Shown piece by piece: positions 49,111 to 58,878 of a stretch of 64,000 nucleotides of DNA. Source of the DNA: Fibrobacteria bacterium (lineage in GTDB: Bacteria; Fibrobacterota; Fibrobacteria; UBA11236); contig JAYTHY010000112.1 in assembly GCA_043732185.1 (NCBI GenBank), forward strand, positions 32,001 through 96,000, given 5' to 3'. Below the pieces are notes generated by a model, which did no database searches, was not told where the DNA came from, and saw only the letters and a program-made list of their open reading frames with translations. Position 1 is the stretch's first letter, and each line of letters starts with the position of its first letter. The translations under genes and the position numbers were made by a program.

Positions 49111-52100
49111 ATGGGCATCGGGTACCATGGACTCCTAAAAAAGTTTTCTTTTTTCCTGGCAATTTCGGTTTTATTTTCCCTATCGCAAGCCCAGTATCCG
49201 ACGTGGCTGCATTCCGATTCAGTGTTCATAAATACTACTCCTGATGGGGGAAATATCCCCAGCACAGCCACTGAAACCAATTTTCCACTACTGATACGAT
49301 TGCACAAAGATTTTTTCAATTTTGCTGAAGCCCAGGCCAATGGGGAAGATATCCGTTTCGCCACAAAAGCTGGTGCACCGCTTTCCTATCAGATAGAAAA
49401 CTGGGATGGCGCTGCAGGTTCCGCAAGTATTTGGGTCAAAATTCCAACTGTAACAGGAAATAGCCGGCAAGGCATAATGGTTTTCTGGGGAAACTCGACT
49501 GCAGCTTCGGAATCCAATGGAGGAGCAGTTTTCAACAGTTCCAATGGGTATTTGAGTGTTTTCCACATGAACGATCCGACTAAAGATGAAGTCGGTACGT
49601 TGTCGGCAACCAATGTGGGCACAACCGCTGCCGCTGGATTAATCGGCAACGGGCGTCGGTTTGCAGCCGGACAGGGTATAAGAGGTGGTACCAATATCAC
49701 AACTTATCCAACAGGTTCCAGCCCGCACTCGACCGAAGCATGGTTCAAGGCCGTTTCTGCCAACAGTGTGATTCAAGCATGGGGCATCGATGGACCCGCC
49801 AGTAAAGTGGTTATGAAATTGGTCAGCCCTCCACATGTGAGTTTGGATTCCTGGTTTGCAAATGGAAATGTCAACGGAACAAGCGATATACCCTTGGCAC
49901 AATGGGTTCATGTTGTTTATGTGTACGAAAGCGGCAACGCAAGGTTTTATGTCAATGGCGTGCAGGACGGTGTCAATACTGCAACAGGTGGCGCACTGAC
50001 AATACCTAGCCCATGCCGAATGTATATCGGCGGTTGGTATGACAATTACAGCTTTGTCGGGGATATGGATGAGGTACGGATTTCCAAGGTGGCCAGGTCT
50101 GCGGCATGGGCAAAAATGGAATATGAAAATCAAAAGCCACTGCAGTCCATGGCCGGAATGCTGGTCCCTGCAGGCACTGCCTTTTCAGTGCCACAGCCCG
50201 CCGTATCTGTTCTTGAAGGTCAGACCGCTGTCCTTACGGGCACTGCCGGTGGTGCTCAGAAAATCTATTGGATTCTAAAAGAGGGCACCAAAGAAACGGT
50301 ACTTGCCGTCGACCGCCTTAATCTTTCCTATCTGGCAGAAAGAGTGACAGCGGATAAAGCCGTTATCATCCAGTTCAAAGCCATTTATCCTACTGAAGTC
50401 AAAACCCAGGATATTACCCTGACTATCAAAGAAGATATGCCGGATCCACTGTTTACCTTAACCGGCCCTGCGACCTGGAATGGCCGCGATGCTATTTCCT
50501 TAACTCCAGTGATCACCAATCAAACGGATATGACAGCCAAGGGTGTTGGAGCATTGACCTATACTTGGAGCATCGCTAATATCGCCGCTATCAAGGAAAT
50601 AACCCCCGGTAAGCTCACTTTAAAAGGTGCCCAAAAAAGTGGCAAGATGACGATCACGCTATCTATTGGAAATGGTGGGGCGGCAACGACGCATACCGTA
50701 GATATTTTAGTTACGGAACCAACAACTGATCCATGGCTGGTACGTACTCCAGCCGCCGATGAAAAAGCCGTCAACTCGCAGTTCTATGCACGGGATCCTA
50801 ATAATGTCTGCACCGTAATTTACAATGGCACTTCAACAACTGCCGCGGATTCCGTGTACGTCAAAATGTATGCCGGCACGACACTCCAAAATAGACTGGC
50901 ACAGGCACTTCCCACTGCCCGGACCTACCAATTTTCTCCCACCATCACTTCTGGGTTAGTCGAATACAAATTGGAATTCGGAACCAAGACAGGCGGCACC
51001 GAAACGTTGGTGAGCACGGTGAACAATCTTCAATGCGGCGATGCCTATATCATCGAAGGGCAATCCAATGCCGTTGGCACTACCTTCGGAACCGATCTCG
51101 ATCCAACCACCAGCGAATGGGTCCGCACCTTTGGGAACAGTGGTGGCAATCCTCCTGGCACCAGCTGGGGTCAGGCCGTACACAGTGGCCCGGGAGGGGC
51201 TTTCACCGTCGGATATTGGGGCCTTGAGCTGCCGAGAAAACTGGTAGCAACATATAATGTCCCAATTTGCATCCTCAATGGCGCAGTCGGCGGGACCCGC
51301 GTGGACACGCATCTGCGCAATGAAGCCGATCCAACGGATACAACTACTTACTATGGTGCTCTGTTGACTCGGGTGCAGCGTGCGAAATTGACGCATGGCA
51401 TTCGTGGAATTTTTTGGCATCAAGGAGAAGCCGATCAGGGTTCGGATGGACCCACAGGTCGATGGGGTTGGGAAGACTATCAGCATTTCTTCATCGATAT
51501 GTCCGCGTCCTGGAAGCAGGATTATCCCAATATCCGCCACTATTATATTTTCCAAATTTGGCCGAACGGCTGCGCTCAGGCAGGTGCCGGGGGTCAGGAC
51601 AATATGCTACGTGAAATGCAGAGAACCTTGCCTTACAACTATTCCAACATGGGTATCATGACTACCATAGGCGTTCGGCCAGGAGTGACCTGCCATGTCG
51701 ACGCACCTGGCTATCTTGAATTTGCCCGCCTAATGTCCCCGCTAGTTGAAAGAGACAATTACGGTAAAGTGTACACGACATCCATCACTCCACCCGATGT
51801 TAAAAAGGCGTACTTCACCAGCTCGGCGAAAACCGCGATTACTGTGGAATTCGATCAGCCGGTAACGTGGGTCAGTACCCTATCTACCCAATTTTACCTC
51901 GATGGCGTAAGCGGAAAAGTATCCACTGGAGCAACCTCTGGAAATGATTTGACACTGACCCTGAATGCGCCCTCGACTGCGAGCAAAATAATGTATCTCG
52001 ATAGTCGTTCCTGGAGTGAGAGCAACATATTGTATGGTGCCAACAATATTGCGGCTTTAACCTTTGCAAATGTGCCTATTTATCCGGATAAAAATACGAT

Positions 52101-52380
52101 TCCAGTCATTTCCGCTAAATCAAAATTGAATTCTACTTCGGATTTATTCAGTACCTATAAGCATGGCATGCTTCAAATTGGTTTCGGACGGCTGGCCGGT
52201 CAAAGTTTGGATATTCGCCTCGTCAATTTGCAGGGTCAAACCGTTGTTCGTCAGCGAATTGAATCGGCTCCAACGGGTCGACTCGATATCGCTGTGCCGA
52301 AACTGAATCATGGCATATATGTATTGAAAGTGCTCGGCCATGGTCGGACAGAATACATGAAAAAGCTTACGGCTTTTTAG
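49111..52380 (+). CDS. Secreted DUF2341-LamG protein with SASA/CE6-like SGNH acetylesterase domain and sorting-like tail
   Basis: NGEDIRF..YQIE.W, DEVRIS, GQSNA, FWHQGEAD; tail GIYVLKV. Confidence 0.85.
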   Translation: MGIGYHGLLKKFSFFLAISVLFSLSQAQYPTWLHSDSVFINTTPDGGNIPSTATETNFPLLIRLHKDFFNFAEAQANGEDIRFATKAGAPLSYQIENWDGAAGSASIWVKIPTVTGNSRQGIMVFWGNSTAASESNGGAVFNSSNGYLSVFHMNDPTKDEVGTLSATNVGTTAAAGLIGNGRRFAAGQGIRGGTNITTYPTGSSPHSTEAWFKAVSANSVIQAWGIDGPASKVVMKLVSPPHVSLDSWFANGNVNGTSDIPLAQWVHVVYVYESGNARFYVNGVQDGVNTATGGALTIPSPCRMYIGGWYDNYSFVGDMDEVRISKVARSAAWAKMEYENQKPLQSMAGMLVPAGTAFSVPQPAVSVLEGQTAVLTGTAGGAQKIYWILKEGTKETVLAVDRLNLSYLAERVTADKAVIIQFKAIYPTEVKTQDITLTIKEDMPDPLFTLTGPATWNGRDAISLTPVITNQTDMTAKGVGALTYTWSIANIAAIKEITPGKLTLKGAQKSGKMTITLSIGNGGAATTHTVDILVTEPTTDPWLVRTPAADEKAVNSQFYARDPNNVCTVIYNGTSTTAADSVYVKMYAGTTLQNRLAQALPTARTYQFSPTITSGLVEYKLEFGTKTGGTETLVSTVNNLQCGDAYIIEGQSNAVGTTFGTDLDPTTSEWVRTFGNSGGNPPGTSWGQAVHSGPGGAFTVGYWGLELPRKLVATYNVPICILNGAVGGTRVDTHLRNEADPTDTTTYYGALLTRVQRAKLTHGIRGIFWHQGEADQGSDGPTGRWGWEDYQHFFIDMSASWKQDYPNIRHYYIFQIWPNGCAQAGAGGQDNMLREMQRTLPYNYSNMGIMTTIGVRPGVTCHVDAPGYLEFARLMSPLVERDNYGKVYTTSITPPDVKKAYFTSSAKTAITVEFDQPVTWVSTLSTQFYLDGVSGKVSTGATSGNDLTLTLNAPSTASKIMYLDSRSWSESNILYGANNIAALTFANVPIYPDKNTIPVISAKSKLNSTSDLFSTYKHGMLQIGFGRLAGQSLDIRLVNLQGQTVVRQRIESAPTGRLDIAVPKLNHGIYVLKVLGHGRTEYMKKLTAF

Positions 52381-52441
52381 GTCCTGCTACTGAAAATTTA
52401 TTTTAGGAAAACCGGTTATTTTTTTTTTGGAGAACTATAAA

Positions 52442-54592
52442 ATGTTAAGAATCGTATTAATTCTCACTGGCTTATCACTTGCCATCAATGACCTATCCGC
52501 GTGGACCATGAAAAAGGCTCCGCTCGTGACCCGATGGTCTGCCACTTTCGATACCGCCAAGGTGTGGCCCATCTATCCTCGTCCCCAGATGAAAAGACCC
52601 GAAAACACTTGGAAAAGCCTTAACGGCATCTGGCAGTTTCAAAAATCCACGGGAGCTACGGAAACACCGCCGACGGGAAACCTTACCGGGGATATTTGCG
52701 TTCCTTTTCCCATCGAATCCGCGATATCCGGTATCATGGAGAATAAGGTGTTCTATTCCTGGTACCGTAAACCAATATCGATTCCAGTGGCTTGGAGGGA
52801 TACCAGCAAATACCATGTGCTTATCCATTTTGAAGGCGTGGATTGGCAAACCGAGTTCTATGTGAATGGAACCAAGTTGGCTACGCATAAAGGCGGCTAC
52901 GATCGCTTTTCCTATGATATCACCAAGAACCTGATCCTGACAGGCAATGCCGATCAAACTCTGCTTCTCCATATTTATGACCCTAGTGAAACTTCCAGTG
53001 ATGTTTTTCCCGGTGGCAAGCAACGCACCGACGCGCTCTTCCGGATTTTTTACACCTGCACCACCGGTATCTGGAGAAGTGTGTGGCTTGAAGCCGTGCC
53101 GGCCAAGGCGTCCATCAACAGGCTAAAAATAACCCCGGACATCGACAATAAACAAGTGCTGGTCACGGCATCGATCACTGGCTCGACCATGGGGCTTAAG
53201 CTAATTGGCGTTGCCAAAAACGGCACGCGTCAAATGTTCGGCATCGATACCGCCAATGCCACCGACACCCTAAAAATTCCGCTGTCCGCTCTCAACCTTT
53301 GGTGGCCGGATCGCCCTTACCTTTACAAGCTCGCAGTCTATATTCTGAACGGCACAACCATTGTGGATTCAGTGGATAGCTATTTCGGAATGCGTAAAGT
53401 GGAAGCCACGGCTTTCAATGGAAACAAACGGCTTACCATCAACGGCCAACCGATCTTTCTTTTTGGTACATTGGATCAAGGTTTCTGGCCGGACGGCATC
53501 TATCTTCCACCTTCCGAGGAAGGTCTAAAATACGACTTGGTCATGCATAAGAATTATGGCATGAACGGAATACGCAAGCATGTTAAAGTAGAGCCGGAAC
53601 TCTGGTACTATTACTGTGATAGCCTGGGCTTGATGGTAGAACAGGACATGCCGATGATGCCGGGAGGCAGCCCAAACGTGGCAGCCAAGGCCAATTTCGA
53701 TCGCGACTTCGACTCCTTGCTGGTGCAGCATTATAATCATCCCAGTATCGTCATGTGGATTTGTTACAATGAAGGTTCGGGTCAAGGGGATTCGACTATG
53801 ACCACGGCTGTTACCAAGCACGTCAAGGCCATGGACCCAAGTCGCCTGGTGGTCAGCGCCAGTGGATGGAATTTTTTTCCAGTCGGAGATGTAAATGATT
53901 TCCACCATTATGCTCTGGATCCCACCGTCAACAGCATCTACCGTAGGGCTTATATCAACCAGCTTGGTGAATATGGCGGCATGCGGTTGAATAACGCCCA
54001 ACTGGATGTTCATGAATGGAAAGACACGGCCTCTTGGGGTTATAATGAAAAAACCAACATACTTGCTTATGAAACCGGATGGAACACCTACTGCCAAGCC
54101 ATCGCAAAAGCCAAAACCGACAGCGGTCTTGCGGGCGCAATTTACACTCAGCTTTCTGATGTGGAAACCGAATGCAATGGACTGATGACCTATGATCGGG
54201 AAGTATCTAAAGGCCGGGCAACAGAAATAGCCAAAGGCTCGGCCCTGCTTGTCGATCATCCAGTCGCAGCTGCTCTGGTGGACGCGACGCTGCCTGTCCC
54301 TGATTGGAACTCAGTTGGAGTTAAGCCCATATTACTGAAGAGCGGAACTTCGCTTTCCATCAGTCGAATTTCGGCATCCGGAAACGGAATTACCATTCAG
54401 TTCAAGGGACTGGATGAAAAGGGAAACGCTACTCTCAAAGTTGTAAATGCCAAAGGAAGTACCGTATTCTCAACCGTTGTGGGTGTTAGGAAATCACTTG
54501 AGGTGCCTGGCAGTGCTATGGCCAAAGGTGTTTACCTCTTTGAACTGGAATACGGCAAGTTCCACCAGTCGCTGCGCTTTGTTGTCAAATAG
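52442..54592 (+). CDS. Secreted glycoside hydrolase family 2 with sorting-like tail
   Basis: HFEGVDW, GIWRSVW, LDQGFWPDG, RKHVKVE, NHPSIVMW..YNEG, GEYGG; start at ATG 52442 after GGAG. Confidence 0.9.
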   Translation: MLRIVLILTGLSLAINDLSAWTMKKAPLVTRWSATFDTAKVWPIYPRPQMKRPENTWKSLNGIWQFQKSTGATETPPTGNLTGDICVPFPIESAISGIMENKVFYSWYRKPISIPVAWRDTSKYHVLIHFEGVDWQTEFYVNGTKLATHKGGYDRFSYDITKNLILTGNADQTLLLHIYDPSETSSDVFPGGKQRTDALFRIFYTCTTGIWRSVWLEAVPAKASINRLKITPDIDNKQVLVTASITGSTMGLKLIGVAKNGTRQMFGIDTANATDTLKIPLSALNLWWPDRPYLYKLAVYILNGTTIVDSVDSYFGMRKVEATAFNGNKRLTINGQPIFLFGTLDQGFWPDGIYLPPSEEGLKYDLVMHKNYGMNGIRKHVKVEPELWYYYCDSLGLMVEQDMPMMPGGSPNVAAKANFDRDFDSLLVQHYNHPSIVMWICYNEGSGQGDSTMTTAVTKHVKAMDPSRLVVSASGWNFFPVGDVNDFHHYALDPTVNSIYRRAYINQLGEYGGMRLNNAQLDVHEWKDTASWGYNEKTNILAYETGWNTYCQAIAKAKTDSGLAGAIYTQLSDVETECNGLMTYDREVSKGRATEIAKGSALLVDHPVAAALVDATLPVPDWNSVGVKPILLKSGTSLSISRISASGNGITIQFKGLDEKGNATLKVVNAKGSTVFSTVVGVRKSLEVPGSAMAKGVYLFELEYGKFHQSLRFVVK

Positions 54593-54880
54593 GCAAATCC
54601 ACATTGGACCCTACCGAATAGCGGAATGAGGATAACACACCCTTTTGGGCCGGAATTCACATAAAAACAGACCCATTTCACCTAGAATTGCCTTGTCGAG
54701 ATGGGTACATTCTATATAGCGCGCATTAGGATTTATTACTTGAGTTACATGCCTAGGTTTAAGAGCGGGTACGATGCTATGAATGCATTTCAGTTCTTGG
54801 CCCAGGTTTGTTTCAATGCTAAAATCCTGTGAACAAAGTTTTGGAAGTCTTTTTTAACACAATATAAGGGGAAAGTCGAT

Positions 54881-56683
54881 ATGGTTTTTAAAAATTGGAG
54901 AAAATTGGCAGTTCTAACCCTGGCTAGCTCTGCTGTTATTGGCACGGGCACCGCTTTGGCGGCTGAGGATTATTCGACTTGGACCTATAATTCGGATATT
55001 ACCTTGAACACTTCTTCAACCGGCGCAGCAGTCACCGGAACGGTACTGAACTTTCCAGTACTGGTAAAACTTTCTTATCGAAATTTCCTTTTCAATGAAG
55101 CCAAGGGCAATGGTTCGGATATTCGTTTCGCGAAAACTTCTGGGTTGCCCATTACCTACCATATTGAGAGTTGGGATTCCGTTCGGAATGAAGCCAGTGT
55201 TTGGGTTAAAATGGATACTGTGTATGGAAATACCGCTGGGCAGGTTATTAAGATGTACTGGGGTAAAGCTGGTGCAATGGATAGTTCAAAAGCTTCGGCT
55301 GTGTTTGATACAGCCAATGGGTTTGCAAGTGTTTACCATATGACTGAAGATCCTTCCACGGGCAAAGTGATGGACCAGACCCAAAATGCAATCAATGGCA
55401 CGCCCAGCAATCTGAGCGCAGCTAGCCTTGTCCAAGGAAATATCGGAAAAGGACTTGAATTTGATGGGTCTACGTCAACGGTTAATCTTGGAAACAGCCC
55501 AAAGCTTAATTTTTCAACCGCGTTCTCATTTTCCGGTTGGATCAATATGTCAAGTTATAACAGTGGTGATGAAAGTGGCTTGATGCAAAAGGCGGGTTCC
55601 TTACGGTATTTTGTCCGTGGGGAAAATGATGGAGCGCACATGCATAAGCAAGGGATTTACTTTGGCGCAACTATGGGAACCGCCAAGTTTTCCGAAACCG
55701 TAATGCCCTTGTCCCAATGGCAATACTTTACTTTTACCACGGATGGAACGAATTACAGTTTTTATACCAATGGCGTTCTCGATGGCACTGGTGCTTTGGG
55801 TGAAGCAATTCTCAACAGTACAGAAAACGTGGTAATCAGTCAGGCATGGGACAGGAAACAGGGTGGTGTGTATGATGAATTTCGAATTGACAATGTCATG
55901 CGTTCGCCCGACTGGGTCAAGTTGTCCTATGCCAACCAGAAAAACTATCAGTCTTTGGTTACACTTGTGATGACCAGCAGATGCATAGCCAGCTATTCCG
56001 CTCCTGGTGATACTACTGTAAATGAAGGCTCTTCTCTTGTACTGACTACCATTGCCAACTGCGCGAGCAATGTAGTTTGGTCCGTTGCATCAGGTCCGAT
56101 TACTGCGCTTCCGGATTCATTGGATAGGGTTTTAAAACTCAAATTGCCACGGGTCACTGGAGATACCAATCTAGTCTTGCACTTGGCAGTAAACATGCCT
56201 AATGGCCTGCAGCAGAAGGATATTACGGTCCACATCAAGGAGACCACTCCCGATCCTATTTTCACATTTGTCACCGGACTTAAGTGGAATGGCACCGACA
56301 CCATGAGTATTATTCCCACTATCAGCAACCTTGCTGCCATCAAAGCCAGTCCTTCGCCCGATTTGAATTGGGTATGGAGTATTCCGCTTTCCTATGCCGA
56401 TACAATTTCCTTTGACGGCGGCATGTTGCTAAGAAACGGGTACGATGGGGTGCTGGAACTCAATCTCTGTCTGGACAATGGTTCGGTGCCAAACTGCAAA
56501 TCTGTGTCTATCGACGTCGCCATCCCGGTTTCCATTGCTTTAAGGCCGCATCGGTCTTCAAGCCGAAACTTCCAGCCCAGATTCGATATTATGGGTCGCC
56601 GCACAACGGAACTGGAAAAAGTTTCGCGATTAGGCAGACCTTTATTTTTGAAGCCAGAGAATTCTTCTACTCCAAATAAATAA
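54881..56683 (+). CDS. Secreted DUF2341-LamG protein without an evident catalytic domain
   Basis: NGSDIRF..YHIESW, MYWG, DEFRI; shares PDP.FT...WNG module with 49111; tail FDIMGR. Confidence 0.82.
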   Translation: MVFKNWRKLAVLTLASSAVIGTGTALAAEDYSTWTYNSDITLNTSSTGAAVTGTVLNFPVLVKLSYRNFLFNEAKGNGSDIRFAKTSGLPITYHIESWDSVRNEASVWVKMDTVYGNTAGQVIKMYWGKAGAMDSSKASAVFDTANGFASVYHMTEDPSTGKVMDQTQNAINGTPSNLSAASLVQGNIGKGLEFDGSTSTVNLGNSPKLNFSTAFSFSGWINMSSYNSGDESGLMQKAGSLRYFVRGENDGAHMHKQGIYFGATMGTAKFSETVMPLSQWQYFTFTTDGTNYSFYTNGVLDGTGALGEAILNSTENVVISQAWDRKQGGVYDEFRIDNVMRSPDWVKLSYANQKNYQSLVTLVMTSRCIASYSAPGDTTVNEGSSLVLTTIANCASNVVWSVASGPITALPDSLDRVLKLKLPRVTGDTNLVLHLAVNMPNGLQQKDITVHIKETTPDPIFTFVTGLKWNGTDTMSIIPTISNLAAIKASPSPDLNWVWSIPLSYADTISFDGGMLLRNGYDGVLELNLCLDNGSVPNCKSVSIDVAIPVSIALRPHRSSSRNFQPRFDIMGRRTTELEKVSRLGRPLFLKPENSSTPNK

Positions 56684-56727
56684 ACCTAAAGCTGGCCGAA
56701 AATGTCAGCTTTTCAGAACGCCAATAG

Positions 56728-56761
56728 AAATGCCTCTGCTTAAATGTGGAGGCATTTTTTT
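56728..56761. terminator. Intrinsic terminator between convergent genes
   Basis: AAATGCCTC...GAGGCATTT stem followed by a T run. Confidence 0.75.
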
Positions 56762-56789
56762 ATCTGGGATTACTTTTTTTGATCTCTGA

Positions 56790-58826
56790 TTACCTGATGT
56801 CGTACTTAGTCAATGTCAGCTGGCTATTGACGGTGTACAAAACAAGTTCCGGGGTGGCGCCACCTGTAAACCAGGCTGCCATGCCATTCAATGCAAACAA
56901 ATCATCCCCGCGGCTAAGGCGTGCCCCGCCCATATTTTTGGCCGGTACCAGTACATTTCCGTATTCATCCACGGCTACGGCCCAGGTTTCCAAGTAGGTT
57001 TGAGTATTCCATTTTTCCCACATGACAATAAATACGTTGTTTGCGATGCGAATTAGTTTGGGGCGTTCTGCATGCTCCGTGCTAGGATTGCGGTAATTGC
57101 TGAGCTGGGCAATTCCCGGATTGACGCCAGTATAGTTGTCTCCCCAGTAGTCTTTAATGGCCACACCAGCGTCGATGGTGTTTGGGTTGCCAACTTTAGT
57201 GTCAACGGCTTCTATCTTGTATTTTATGGGCTGAGCAACAGTGCTAAAGTTTTTGTTTACATGTAGCAGGCCAATATTTCTACTCATATTGATGCGGGCA
57301 GAGTCAAATTTGGCTCCCATTTCTGAAGCTAGGGTTACCACATACCCATTTGGGCCTTGTTGAAATCCACCCAACCGGGTAAACGTGTTGTTGTAACCAC
57401 CCCCAGTAGTAGAATCGCCGCCTTTAACATCGAAGACGGGGCGGACTTGTAAATTGGTTGCGTCGACCGCTGTAACCGTTACGGCGCGAATATTGGAATC
57501 CCCAAGTTCATATCCAACAAACCGGGCGCCGTCCCATAAAAGCCTTTCATCAAAAGAATGGCTTTGGCCAAAATAATCGCGGAGAATCACGCCGGTATTA
57601 TCCAAAGCGGTAATGTAATGCGTTAATTGATGTCCGTTAGCGGGCAGGGTTTCATGTGCCAACAAAATGCAGATTTTTCCACCGCCCACTACCACTCTTC
57701 CGTTTCCGGCTTGAAAGGGTCGATAGAGTACTGTCCCTTTAACTGTTTGCAGGCCCGTCATCACATCCTGCATGAAAATGGGTTTGCCGGTTGTGCCGTT
57801 ATACTTGTGCAAGTGCAACATGCCCGCTCGATAACCCTCTCCCATTGCCTGTAGCGTAGAATCCCAGCGGCCAGAAACAAAGTATAGTGATTGATCCGGT
57901 GTGACAAAAAAGCCACCCAACATGGGTAACGTGGAAGGTACAAGGTGCTCAGCGGCAACGTAAGTGCCTTCTTGGTAGAGGACTCGAGTGATGATGATTT
58001 TATCGCCCTTAGAATCCTGCCAAGCTGCATAAATGCTGCCATCCCCTCTGGGGATGCCCACAATATCAGGATTCCTTCCATATAGGGACATATGGCTGTC
58101 TGGACCGTTCTTATCGTCTGCGGCATTATACGGCGTGCCCATCGAAGCGATGTTCCCAGGGATCCACGCACTTTTTTCCAGGCTGAAGTTGAGAACGCCG
58201 GTGGCGGTTTGCACTGCCGATGCCATCTCCGCGTACCTGACAGCCCAGGCTTTGGCCGTGTCGATTGCAGCAGCAGCTATTTTTGGCATTTGAGCCGAAA
58301 CATTTTTTGCAATTAAAACAGAAGTCAAATTTACTGGGCCCGTCGCCGTATTAGAAAGAACCGGCATCTTAATCACACTGGTATATCTGCCTTGTTGTAT
58401 ATTTAGAAAGTACAGACCCTTTGGTAGGCTATTGGAAAGATTATGCAAAGTGTACTGCCCCGGCTTTAAAATACCGTGGTATAGAAGTTTGATCCGTTCC
58501 CCATTTAAATTTTCCAGTTGAACGGAAATCGGGCCAACTGAATTCGCCGTTATTCTCAACTCGCCATTTAGAAATTGAAATAGGAAGCCCGTACCTGAAA
58601 AATTCCCATGGGTCTTTCGAATACCCAGCACCTGAATGCTGTAATGCCCATCCGCTCCAGTAATCGCTTCACCTGGAGAAATGGAAAGTTTCACTCGTGC
58701 GCCGCTGATGGGCGCTTTGGTTATTGCATCTGAAACTATTCCAGAGAGGATTATGGATTGCCCAACTGTCAAGGATGGTGAAAAAAACGGCAGGCTCCAG
58801 AGTAGAATCGTACACCACTGTTTCAT
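56790..58826 (-). CDS. Secreted hypothetical protein: carboxypeptidase-regulatory-like Ig, internal sorting-like domain, unknown C-terminal domain
   Basis: GIVSDA..PISGARV..TGADGHY; NLNGE...GLYFL; SHSFDERL, LGD, ERPKL. Confidence 0.7.
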   Translation of the reverse strand: MKQWCTILLWSLPFFSPSLTVGQSIILSGIVSDAITKAPISGARVKLSISPGEAITGADGHYSIQVLGIRKTHGNFSGTGFLFQFLNGELRITANSVGPISVQLENLNGERIKLLYHGILKPGQYTLHNLSNSLPKGLYFLNIQQGRYTSVIKMPVLSNTATGPVNLTSVLIAKNVSAQMPKIAAAAIDTAKAWAVRYAEMASAVQTATGVLNFSLEKSAWIPGNIASMGTPYNAADDKNGPDSHMSLYGRNPDIVGIPRGDGSIYAAWQDSKGDKIIITRVLYQEGTYVAAEHLVPSTLPMLGGFFVTPDQSLYFVSGRWDSTLQAMGEGYRAGMLHLHKYNGTTGKPIFMQDVMTGLQTVKGTVLYRPFQAGNGRVVVGGGKICILLAHETLPANGHQLTHYITALDNTGVILRDYFGQSHSFDERLLWDGARFVGYELGDSNIRAVTVTAVDATNLQVRPVFDVKGGDSTTGGGYNNTFTRLGGFQQGPNGYVVTLASEMGAKFDSARINMSRNIGLLHVNKNFSTVAQPIKYKIEAVDTKVGNPNTIDAGVAIKDYWGDNYTGVNPGIAQLSNYRNPSTEHAERPKLIRIANNVFIVMWEKWNTQTYLETWAVAVDEYGNVLVPAKNMGGARLSRGDDLFALNGMAAWFTGGATPELVLYTVNSQLTLTKYDIR

Positions 58827-58878
58827 TCGATCCCCCTGAGAAAGTTACATACGTTTAAAGTCTAGCATTTCCCAGCAT

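Noticed and set aside
53525..54259. 244 aa antisense ORF and similar 150-210 aa shadow ORFs (43297, 50956, 46040)
   Set aside because: Wholly antisense to strongly supported genes and lacking motifs
54593..54880. 288-nt intergenic region as riboswitch or sRNA
   Set aside because: Only a weak ACCCATTTC/GAGATGGGT pairing; no recognisable riboswitch consensus. An Rfam search would be needed
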